64,000 nucleotides of DNA from Octopus vulgaris (Eukaryota), in contig OX597827.1 in assembly GCA_951406725.2 (NCBI GenBank), positions 47,306,001 to 47,370,000 of the forward strand. Direction: 5' to 3'. The notes beneath the pieces are model-generated. The model did not search any database. It was not told where the DNA came from and worked only from the letters and a program-made list of their open reading frames with translations. Positions 53,808 to 64,000 of this stretch are shown in pieces (positions within the stretch are counted from its first letter, which is position 1; each line of letters opens with the position of its first letter). The position numbers were made by a program, and so were the translations under genes.

Positions 53808-54140
53808 AGGCGCATGGCTCAGTGGTTAGAGCGTCGAGCTTACGATCGTGAGGTTGAGAGGTCGAATCTCGGACCGAGCTGCGTTTTGTGCTCTTGAGCA
53901 AGACACTTTAATTCCTGCTGCTCCATTTCATTCAGCTGTAGAAATGAGTTACGACGTCACAGATGCCAAGCTGTATCGGCCCCTTTGCCTTTCTCTTGGA
54001 TAAAACTGGTGGCATGGAGACTGGAGACCGTTATGCATGGGTGACTGCTGGTCTTCCATAAACAACCTTGCCCGGACTTGTGCTTGGGAAGGTAGCTTTC
54101 TACGTGTAATCCCATGGTATGTGTCGTGACGAAGGGTCTC
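53808..54140 (+). mobile_element. tRNA-derived CORE-like SINE with tail type 4
   Basis: A box tggctcagtgg, B-box-like ggtcgaatctc, CORE-like tgtgctcttgagcaagacacttta...cagctgtagaaatgag; the tail recurs inverted at 59045-59262. Confidence 0.85.
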
Positions 54141-54532
54141 AGATGCGTATATATATTTTTACGTGTATGAGAGTATATTTGTAATTATACTGAATTAACA
54201 GATAAATATATAATCGTGTGATAGTAAGTAGGAATATAATTTTATATATAAATAAGTTTTTCTCTCTTTTTTATATACAAATTACATAAGTAATTTAATT
54301 TATCACCTCATTGATATTGCACTTTATTAATATCATAATTTAATCTTCAGTCTTTAGTTATTTACCTTTCCTTACCCTAATTATATTTATATAATATATA
54401 TTACTCATTACAAACCTGTTACCCCAACCAAACCTGGACATATACCATTACAAGTCATAAACAGTATCATTCAGTCTGCCTTGATGATTCAGACAACCAA
54501 CACATAATGTTTCTAAGGGTATATTCTTTCCC

Positions 54533-54610
54533 TCTCTGAAGAGATTAAGCTCGGAAATATGAATTTATTATTTTTTTATTATACTGTGCTTAATTGAAAC
54601 CGCTGTAAGA
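54533..54610 (+). ncRNA. Type I hammerhead ribozyme, canonical core, long loop II
   Basis: TCT-CTGAAGA-GATTAAGC-(37 nt)-GCTTAATT-GAAAC-CGCT-GTA-AGA: 8-bp stem II, stem III one change from ACAGCTGT; TA run ~60 nt downstream. Confidence 0.8.
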
Positions 54611-54722
54611 TATAATTTTTGGTGATAGTAAACTCTTATTAACTTCAATATCTCCATTTTCCCATTCTTCATATATATATAAATATATATTTATGGGATG
54701 ACCCAATACACACACACATACA

Positions 54723-54775
<53 letters not shown>

Positions 54776-54994
54776 CTGAAATGTACTTGCATAGCAAGTG
54801 ACTTGATTTGAGATTGTGTGCTGATACAAAATCAATTGCAGCGTGAAAGATGTTTATAAGCCATTTAAGAACACACAAAAAAACCGTTAGATTCACTTTA
54901 ACATTTAAATATAATTTGTGTCAAAATATTTTCTTCGTCGCTTGGAAACCACAACCTGTTATCTGAAAAAAAACCTCAGGCTATATATATATAA

Positions 54995-55650
54995 ATCGGG
55001 TCATCCCATAAATAATGTGTTTTTTCAATTGTATGAAGGAGGGGACTGGATAAACTACCTGCGTCAACTTGCTATGGGAATAGGTAGTAATTTTACCTTG
55101 TCGTTATTCTTAGTGCAAATTTGGAAGAGTGCAGTTATTTTTTTTAAAGGTATTATGGAAGTGACAAAGGAGCATATTCGGCATATTTTTCTCTATGAAT
55201 TCAATAAAAGCAACACCGCAGCGGAAGGTGCGAGGTATATTAATGCAGTGTATGTGGATCAGACAATAGCGTAAGCCATTATCAACGGTGGTTCCAAATA
55301 TACATGCAGAGAAGTTTGGATTTAGTCATCCAACCATTCATCGACACCTACATACCGTTGGAAAAGTCTTCAAATTCACCGGTCATTGCCCCATCTGATT
55401 ATCATTTATTCCGCAGTTTTCAAAATAATTTGGACAAAAAATATGAATTCTGCAGACCATGTCAGAAAAATACTGGAGAAGTACTTTTCGTCACGGACAA
55501 GTGAATTTTGGAAGAGGGGGCCTTGCAAGTCTACCAGATAGATGGTAGAGCATTATAGAAGATGAAGAAGAATATGTTTTAGATTTTTTAAAAATTGTTT
55601 ATCTTAATTCTGAAAAGTAAAAGAAGTATGAAAAAACCGCATTATTTTTT
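54995..55650 (+). mobile_element. Internally deleted mariner element
   Basis: Left TIR tcgggtcatcccataaataatg; N-terminus MEVTKEHIRHIFLYEFNK...INAVY; C-terminal SPVIAPSDYHLFRSFQNNL; right subterminal aaaccgcattattt; same family as 15340-15862. Confidence 0.9.
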
Positions 55651-55934
55651 TGGTCTCAGATGTAGGACCAACACTATGTTGTGCGACGCACCTAAGTTTG
55701 TATAAGATCAGCAGTTGCTGGGACAAAATATTTCATGCCACTTGGATTGGTTCTTTTCAACTAGTCATTTGATTCTCAGGATTCAGGTGGCAAAACGTGC
55801 TATCTATCTGTCTGTCTTTATGTTTATTTATCTGTCCGTCCATCTTTCCGTCCATCCGTCCGTCCGTCCGTCCGCCTGTCTGTCTGTAAGCAGGCATATA
55901 ATTATCTTCACCCTGTATCTCAGGCGAAATAAAT

Positions 55935-56055
55935 AAGGTACATTAAAGGTAGACGAGTCTGTAGAGTGCTCAGCCACTTGCACGTTAATTTCACGAGCAA
56001 GGTGTTCCATTGATCGTATCAGGCTGGGACCCTGGTCGTCGTAACCGACATAGTG
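55935..56055 (+). mobile_element. SINE tail type 2 fragment
   Basis: gagtgctcagccacttgcacgttaatttcacgagca...gtcgtcgtaaccgac. Confidence 0.8.
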
Positions 56056-56814
56056 ATCCCTATAAAATTGTATCTGTATGTACGCGTGTGAACTTCTATT
56101 TGTGAGCATGTGCATCAGTAGATTTGTTTTTGCCAAATAATTCATTATAGAAAGACAGAACTATGCATATTTTACGTAGTATGCACGCCTTGCTTTTACT
56201 AAACAACCAGTAACCATATCAATACGAAGAAGCGTGAAAGAAAGACAAATGTATCGTAAAGTAAAGATTCAGAGGTAAATACAAATATAGATAGACAAAC
56301 AGAGAGACAAAGAGACAGACAGATAGGTAGATAGATAGAGATAGATAGAGAGATAGGGAGAGAGAAAGAGTGCGAGAGAGAGAGGGAGAGATAGAGAGCG
56401 AGAGAGAGGAAGACATGAATTAATGTATATGATAGGATTTCTGCATTCTCTGAGTCTAAGTTCATGACCCATGATAGTGGTATTTTTAACCTGCATGACA
56501 TAACTTTCATTGCAGTCTCGATTCCTGAATGCGACTTTACAAATTAGACATCAACGCAACCATTTTGAAACATCATTTACTTATAATTCTTGGGGTTTCC
56601 TCGTTTATCACAATCTGCGAGATATCGTTGATAAAGTTCCAATTAGATGATATTCTAGCGTCAAAGTGAACCTGATTGCAAAACTATCTCACTCAATTTC
56701 CTGCGTATTTGCAAATGTCTGATATGACAAAATGGTTGATAGCTATCTGCATTACAGTTACATATTCAAAAGAAGAAGATAGATAAAAATAATCAATATG
56801 ATAAATATACATAC

Positions 56815-56881
<67 letters not shown>

Positions 56882-58785
56882 TATATATATATGTCTTTAC
56901 ATATAGTTATATGTATAAACATATCGCCTTTGAAGTTTCGTTAGAATCCAAAATATTTCTAATGTCATCAGTGAGATGTGTGTACATATTCAAACTACTT
57001 AATATTTAATAACATATCACTGAGACTTCGGGTGAAAGCTTTTCTCACAGATCTTTCATAAATACACGTATTTATGGAATCAGTATAACTCTATGAACTA
57101 TTCCATTCATTAAGTAACGGTTATTTTGAACTATAATAATACTGTTCGCAAAATAACCAATAAATATTGACTCATTCTTTATTCTCTATAACCTAGTCAA
57201 CTATCTATAAGTTATCGTAACACATTTTTTTGTTTAGTACCTATACCTTCCTTCATCTATCGATGTAATTTTTCTGCAATTTAATCTCACAACCAGCTGT
57301 ATAATCCCTCAGTGTTTCTTACCGCTGAAATGCTCTTCTCAAGTAAGTATTTGAACCGAAAATTCAAATATATTGTGTAAACGCTTCTCATGGTCAGCAT
57401 AGAGCAGAACATTACAATACTGCAGTTCATTGCCCATGAAAACCAGGGCCACACAAAGCACCAGACTCACAAGGCATTCTTTCAAATGTGGCTAACAGAA
57501 ATGAGAGTCTAAAGATTTTATATCTGCTTTTTATTAGAATGACAAAATTTGCTGTATCAGGTTTTGGCTGGTGCTGATCACAACTATGCCAAAAAGTGAG
57601 AAGATGGAGGATGATAAGCAAACGAAGATGGTGTAGATTGAACAGTCCACCACTAGAGCTTTTACGAGGTGGGAGATACACGTAATATAATGGGGAGTGT
57701 AAATCTAGTTTTATAAAAAGTAAATCACTGATGTTACGATGAAGTTCAAATATCAAAAGAGATGCTTTTTTGAAAAGGCGGGAAGTGTGAAATAGATAGA
57801 TAGCGATAGGTAGATAGATAGATAGTGATGTGAAACATCTGATTATATGGGGGACAGGCGTGTTCATAATGGACCAATAACCAATAGAGAGGGTGATGAA
57901 ATTATACAAGTGAATGATGGAGTGGAGGAAATGTGTTTATACAAGTGTATACATTCATACACATTGACACACATATATGTAGGTCTTTGTGTATATGCAA
58001 AAGAGGTCATTAAAAAATCCCCGTGTGTAAATTAAAATGGAAAATAGAAAAAGAGATTAAAAGAGAAAAGGTGACCTAAACATGGAAATCCTCTCATCAA
58101 CCATGGACTAGAATCAGCATAGTTTCGGCATATTTAATATCTATGTACTTGAACTTCGATGGTAGTGTTCGTCTGCTTGCGTCAGTGAAAATGAATATCA
58201 CTAAAGTGATGTAAAGACGAGATATAACTGAGGGTGATAACTGAGATGTAAAACGGGAAACTGGATAAATAACGGGTATAACGCACACACACATACACAC
58301 ATCACATACACACATACATACATATTTATCTGTCTACATATAAAAACTCAAAGAATGAAATCTTAAACACATAAGAGACTTTTCCTGCTATCAATCTCTG
58401 TCCCTCTTCGCGTCCACTTTACTGTTAAAAATAAAGGAAATAGAAAATATTGATCGTACTGTGTATAATTGTAATTGTAATTTTAATTGTAAATAACTCA
58501 GGGCTTTCATTGTGCTTCCTCTCTCACTTTCTCCTCTATCAAAAAAGAAAGCAAATAATCGATCGTATATATAGTTGGAATAGAACATCGAAACGATGAA
58601 AGAAAATGGAAACGGAAACATGGAAATCGCCTTACCAGACATGTAATGTAGGGGCAAGTATGTGTATGTGAATTTTGGTATGTGCATATAATCTATGGGC
58701 ATTTATCTATAAACCTACATGTACGTACGTAAATGTGTGTGAGCGAGCGCGTGGATGTGTGCGTGTACGCATGTATGCAAATATG

Positions 58786-58834
<49 letters not shown>

Positions 58835-59044
58835 TAATTTAGGGTATCTAAGAGAAACCACCACGCTTGAAATAGCCAAAACTTGACTCTAAAACCACAT
58901 TAAAAGTTCATACAGCACCAGAAAGGAAGACAAAAAGACAAAATAAACCAGTAAAAAATTACTGCATAATTCCAGATCCCGGATTTCTGGGTCTGCATAA
59001 GAAATGCTTTGCCTCTTCAGTACATAAATACAAATATAAAGGTA

Positions 59045-59262
59045 AGGTAAAGACCCCCTTCGGTCATGAATGACCATGGGATTGCACCTAGAAAGTTACC
59101 CTCCTAGACACAAGTCCGGGCAAGGTTGTTTATGGAAGACCAGCAGTCGCCCATGCATACCGGCCTCCCCTCTCCACGCCACCAGTGTTATCCAAGGGAA
59201 AGACAAAGGTCGATACAGCTTGGAACCAGTTACGTCGCAACTCATTTCTACAGCTGAGTGAA
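59045..59262 (-). mobile_element. CORE-like SINE 3' part (tail type 4)
   Basis: Reverse complement of ~53930-54140. Confidence 0.85.
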
Positions 59263-59663
59263 CTATATATATATAGGCTGAGTGAATATATATATATATA
59301 TAGGTGAATTCGACTTATTGAGTATATATATGGATGTCCGCTTGCTTTACATGGTACAATCATGGTTGTTATAACTATTATTATTATTAATATTAATATT
59401 AATTTTATTGACTTTTTGTGTGGTTATACGGACTGTTAAATATATATGCCTGCTTTAAATTTAAATGTGAGTGTACATGTATTTCCTTGATGTTGGTTAT
59501 AGAACTATGAGTTCAATATGGAACATTATTGTGTTTGTTAATGTATATTGATATATATTGTTTATATTGTATTATTGTGTATATATATATGTGTAGAATT
59601 ATGAGTGTCTATGCACACATTTTTATATTTATATGTAAATTTTTTTCATACTTACATTAAATT

Positions 59664-59772
59664 CTCTGAAGAGGCCGTGAGACATTCTTGTTAATGTCTC
59701 ATTTATACCTGCTTTATATGGCTAATAGGTTAACTGGGACATACCTGTCTTCACGGCCGAAACAGCTGTCAG
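59664..59772 (+). ncRNA. Type I hammerhead ribozyme, canonical core, large structured loop II
   Basis: CT-CTGAAGA-GGCCGTGA-(70 nt)-TCACGGCC-GAAAC-AGCT-GTC-AG: perfect 8-bp stem II, palindromic ACAGCTGT stem III, GUC; (TA)n 160 nt downstream. Confidence 0.85.
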
Positions 59773-59932
59773 CTACAATGTAAATGTATTTTCTATTTCT
59801 ATGTCTTGTTATATTTGTAATATATTATGTATAATGTCATTACTGTTGTGTAATGGTTTAATAAAGTATTGATTGGGTATTATCTGATGGTTGATGATTG
59901 ATTTAGGTATGTTTCTCCATTTTCTCATATTG

Positions 59933-59977
<45 letters not shown>

Positions 59978-60149
59978 TTGTTTGAAAGACCTCAGCATCT
60001 ATCCACTGGTAGATCTGATGGTGTTTATTGTCTGTTGTTGCAGAATTTAAGCAACTCTTTGATTCCCTAATATGTAACGGTCACTACAGATGTGTGTAGA
60101 AAGGGATCCTTAGTCGTAGTGAAGGCAATCTATCTAGGGAGATAACCTT

Positions 60150-61628
60150 ATAATAAATCACTCGGTCCGTAGCTTAGAAATACTGGGTTGACGTCCAGCG
60201 GGAACAGCTTTGTTTCATGGAGGTGGAAAGATCTTCTTTAGTACTTGGTTGTACAATGCTTTCCAATGTGTGCAGTAGTGGCGCGCGCACACATTATTAG
60301 CCATTTGAAAAGACTATGAGTCTCGACCATGGTCGAAAATGATGATGATGCTAGTAGAAAAGGGTTGTCAGTGGATATGAAAAAAGCAAAATTAAAACAA
60401 AAAAAAAGTGAAATAATCCAAGAGCTGAAAAGAAATCTATCTACCTATGCACAACCATGTGTAGATGAAAACGGCACCCTGTTTGTAAACCTTGATTATA
60501 ACAGGTACATGGGCAGCGTAGATCAGCTGAATCAAATAATAAGCTATTATCCAGTTGGTACACTGGGTAATAAATGATGGTGATACCTGGATGTCCTTCC
60601 TAACACCAACCACTCCAAGCGTGTAGCCAACCATTCCAAGAGTGTTCATATTATATAGCAAATCAGGAGGGGCTTGAAAGCAGTGTGACCATCTGCAGTT
60701 CCAAGCAACTGTAGCAACACAGTTGAGGAAACGTTATTCCTTCAACAAAATATGACAGAAAGCCAAAGCCTGCCAGAGAGATACCCCTCTCAATGAAGCC
60801 AATCGCCACAAATTAAAAAAAAAAAAAAAAAAAATTGAGGGTGCCTTGAATGGCTGCATCAACAAAACTCCCAGTGGATGGACAGTTGAAACTTCTTTCC
60901 AATGGGCATTTTGCAAGGGCGCAATATGTAGAATGGGATGTTTTACAAGTTTCTATGACAGAAATATTGTGTGAATATTATTATTATATACCGAATATTA
61001 CCGTTGATTGTTGAAGTATAAAGACGTGTTTTCACTCCTCTCCACGCTGGTGAGCAGCAAGCTTCACAGCTACAAACGAAATTGACCGTCACTTATATTC
61101 CTATTCATTCGAAACCACGCATTTCCCGACTCGTGAGTAGACTTTTCTTTAACTACAAATTATTTTCAGAAATTTAAGCAAAACTACACACTCTTATGAG
61201 AGAGTATTTATTTATATATACACCCCGTCAACACCTTCTGTTAACTAAAGGATCACCCACACAATAAAAAATAGAAGAAAAAAGAGAAGAAAAGAAAGAT
61301 AAATTTACTGCAAGCTCATAATTCAAATACAATCACATATTTCTAAGTATTCCAGCCAATATTCTGTACAATCTATTCTATTCTACATACTTCTCCCTAA
61401 ACAAAGAATAAATTTTTTTTTAAATGTATGATTACATTTTATAAATATTTTTCAAATTTACTTTGTTTCTACTTTTTATTTGCCTGTAAATTGCAATTTA
61501 CCTGTAAGGTGACAAGTTTTGATTTAACTTCTATTGTAAATCTTTATTATATACATTTTTAAGTATTCATGTATGTGTGCAAGTTTTATAAAAATACAAC
61601 AGGATTTTTTCAAGCATCGAATGGTTAA
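60150..61628 (+). mobile_element. piggyBac-like transposase C-terminal relic with putative right end
   Basis: DYNRYMGSVDQLNQIISYY...K*W matches the piggyBac YNxxMGGVD motif; cysteine-rich tail AFCKGAICRMGCFYKF; candidate end gaatgg|TTAA at 61625-61628 (boundary uncertain). Confidence 0.7.
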
Positions 61629-62883
61629 GAGGGCCTATCTGAGTAAAATAGGAAACAAGAGGGTCCACAAGTAAAAAATGGTCGAGAACACCTATTCTAG
61701 ATGGTTCTTTTGCCAACAACAACCCATGCTGCTGACACATGTTTAGAGTACTGCCAGAATTGAAAAACAGTCAGCTACTGTCCAGCAATGATGCCTCCAA
61801 AGAAATCCATGTTAAAATCACGGTATAGCAACAGCTTGTTCATGTGAGAGGCCAAGTAACGGACCAATCACGTAACAGATGGATCTGTTACGTGAAATAC
61901 AAATATATATATATATGAATACTTACATATACGAACGTATACATACATAAACACGCACGTAAGCACCCGACCAGTTTAAATTGCCTGCCTAAACTCTTCG
62001 TGCGATATGGTCGAATATATCACCGCAGTGAATATAATGACGAAATAAATATATAAATTTATATAAATAAATATTTATATAAATTTAGATATATATTTGT
62101 AGGTTAGCAGGAGTTTAGCTCGTACTGCGAAAAGGTCATTGAAATTGTTATGCATTTTGATTTTAGTAGCTAGGTATAACATAGTAGTAATTTACTTTCA
62201 TATTCAAAATTTAATGTTTTGAAATAAGCAAAACAACTACATGCCTGACAGTTCATATTGTATGTGATTCTCCATGTAATTCATTTGGACCCTAAATTAC
62301 GTACTTTCTCATCGGCTAAATATATTATTCTCTATTAACTAGGACAAGTGCATTCCTTATATCAATTTTATGCTTCATAATCCCTAGCGTTTTCTACAGG
62401 CAATCGCCGCTCCCCAACTTCATGAATAAGACCCACGTCATATTTAGAACTAGAAATTATTTCAACGTCCAACAACTAGCATTTTCCAAAGCTTCAGAGC
62501 TATTTTGGTACACACTTCTCCCATGTTTGCCACGCATAGAGAATCATATCCAAAAGAGCTACCCGTCTCATTTGCCTGAAAGCACCGACTTTCATTCTTC
62601 GAAGTGTCACCTGCAAACTTTCTTGAGACCGCCTTTTCTTCCAATATACAGTTGCGTAAGTCACTCCGATTTAGCTGGCTTCGTGTCCCCAAAATTAGGA
62701 CGTTAAAATATCAGTCATCTCCCAACAATTATTTATATACATTTTGCTCTTTCGCCAGACCCCACAGTAACAAATTTTCTTGCATATCGGCCTTAAACGA
62801 TCAATTTCCAGGAAACTAAACGTTATCCTTAAAAATCTTACAACCTTAATCTAGCAGCTGTTTATGAGTAACATTAAGAACAT

Positions 62884-63136
62884 CGATCGGTGGGTGCCGC
62901 GGCGTGCATGGAAGCCGCGGGTGCGAGCCGGGTGAAGCCGACCGCCGGTGCAGATCTCGGTGGTAGTGGCAAATATTCGAACGAGACCTTCGAAGACCGA
63001 AGTGGAGAAGGGTTCCGTGCCAACGGCGGTCGAGCACGGGTCAGTCGGTGCTAAGAAACAACAGGTGAAAGCTTCCACGAAAGGCGCCGGATCTGTCGAT
63101 CGAACGAAAACAAAGTTCTGTGAAACCGGGCCGTGC
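62884..63136 (+). pseudogene. Dispersed 28S rRNA fragment
   Basis: ggtgcagatctcggtggtagtggcaaatattcgaacgagaccttcgaagaccgaagtggagaagggttcc...gggtcagtcggtgctaag (62947-63055) matches the conserved eukaryotic LSU core; an isolated GC-rich island with no other rDNA nearby; outer boundaries approximate. Confidence 0.9.
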
Positions 63137-64000
63137 AAACTGTACCCCCAAATCAAAGCATTTAGAAAAGCAGTCACCTGTAATATGTAGTGTTCGAACT
63201 ACTGTCAACAGATTTGATTCTCATCATATTTCCATCCTGTTTTTAGTGAACCGAAGTGAATAAAAAATGTCACAAGTTCCTATACATTTCGACATATACA
63301 CTTTGAAGGTTTCCATAATTCATATTCCAAACATTGTGAAGCAACATGTAGGACGCACCAGGCATACATCACACGTTCTCAAACGCATTTCTGTTTCCAA
63401 AGAAAACAAGAGCAGTCACTCAAACAAAAAGGAAATTACGTAGTTATAGAATCCATGTTAAAAGGAGTCATTGGATTGAGAAAGAAAGGACTTGGGCGAT
63501 ATGATTATTCTTCCCTTATATTTATTGAATTGAGACCAAATTAAAGGGAGTAACTGAAACCACTTTGACATTCTTGACATTTTTCTTTGGATATTAATTT
63601 ATCATCCTATACATACATCTATATATGTGGTTATATATGTGTGTGTGTGTATGTGTGTGTGTGTGTATATATCTATATGCATGTATATATACATATATAT
63701 ACATATATGCACACATATATATATACACAAATATACACACAATTTCTCTATCCATCTTTGTATTTCTCTCTTCTCTCCTTATGTGGGTGTTTGCATATAT
63801 GCAAGCATATATACATACATGTCTGGAAGGATGTGCATTCCCAAACACATGTGTAGACACTTGCGCATGAAAATCTACGTATGTATGTATCTATCTATCA
63901 TTCACTGACGGTATATACATATATATATATCATATATATATATATATATGTATATTTGTGTGTGTAAGTATGCATATATATATATATATATATATATATA

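Noticed and set aside
56928-56975. Minus-strand CTGATGA-CATTAGAA...TTCTAAC-GAAAC-TTC hammerhead-like motif
   Set aside because: Core and stem II are present but stem I does not pair and stem III is broken; at best a dead copy, so not listed as a feature.
57427-57909. 160-aa minus-strand ORF in non-repeat sequence
   Set aside because: No recognisable domain, includes a TATC tract, and no convincing splice context.
58950-59025. Minus-strand CTGAAGA-GGCA next to a TA-flanked segment
   Set aside because: No matching stem II partner or GAAA found downstream.
62350-62770. Possible L1/Tx1-type endonuclease relic on the minus strand
   Set aside because: Only vague resemblance; not supportable without a profile search.
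62851-63190. GC-rich overlapping ORFs
   Set aside because: Explained by the 28S rRNA fragment, not protein coding.

Overview
AT-rich, microsatellite-saturated animal non-coding DNA (intergenic or a very large intron). It is most likely cephalopod (Octopus-like), inferred from the recurrent tRNA-derived SINE families and the density of (TA)n/(TACA)n/(TAA)n/(TATC)n tracts. I see no credible intact host gene: nearly all ORFs in the track are translations of microsatellites or of decayed transposons. Recognisable content: three or more SINE lineages with shuffled head/core/tail modules; decayed non-LTR retrotransposons (R4/Dong-like RLE, RTE, CR1-like, CRE-like); mariner, pogo/Tigger and piggyBac relics; a Penelope-like (PLE) GIY-YIG endonuclease relic with an inverted 5' part; and a dispersed 28S rRNA fragment. 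The most striking signal is not named by the ORF track. About a dozen type I minimal hammerhead ribozyme (HHR) motifs, from several apparently unrelated short elements, sit 40-230 nt upstream of a (TA)n tract. Most have a palindromic or near-palindromic stem III (dimer type), three carry the compensatory U3-A8 core, and two lie in 360-430 nt circularly permuted units with an inverted 5' copy. This looks like a diverse population of non-autonomous PLE/retrozyme-like elements targeting (TA)n. All folds were read by eye; activity is untested.
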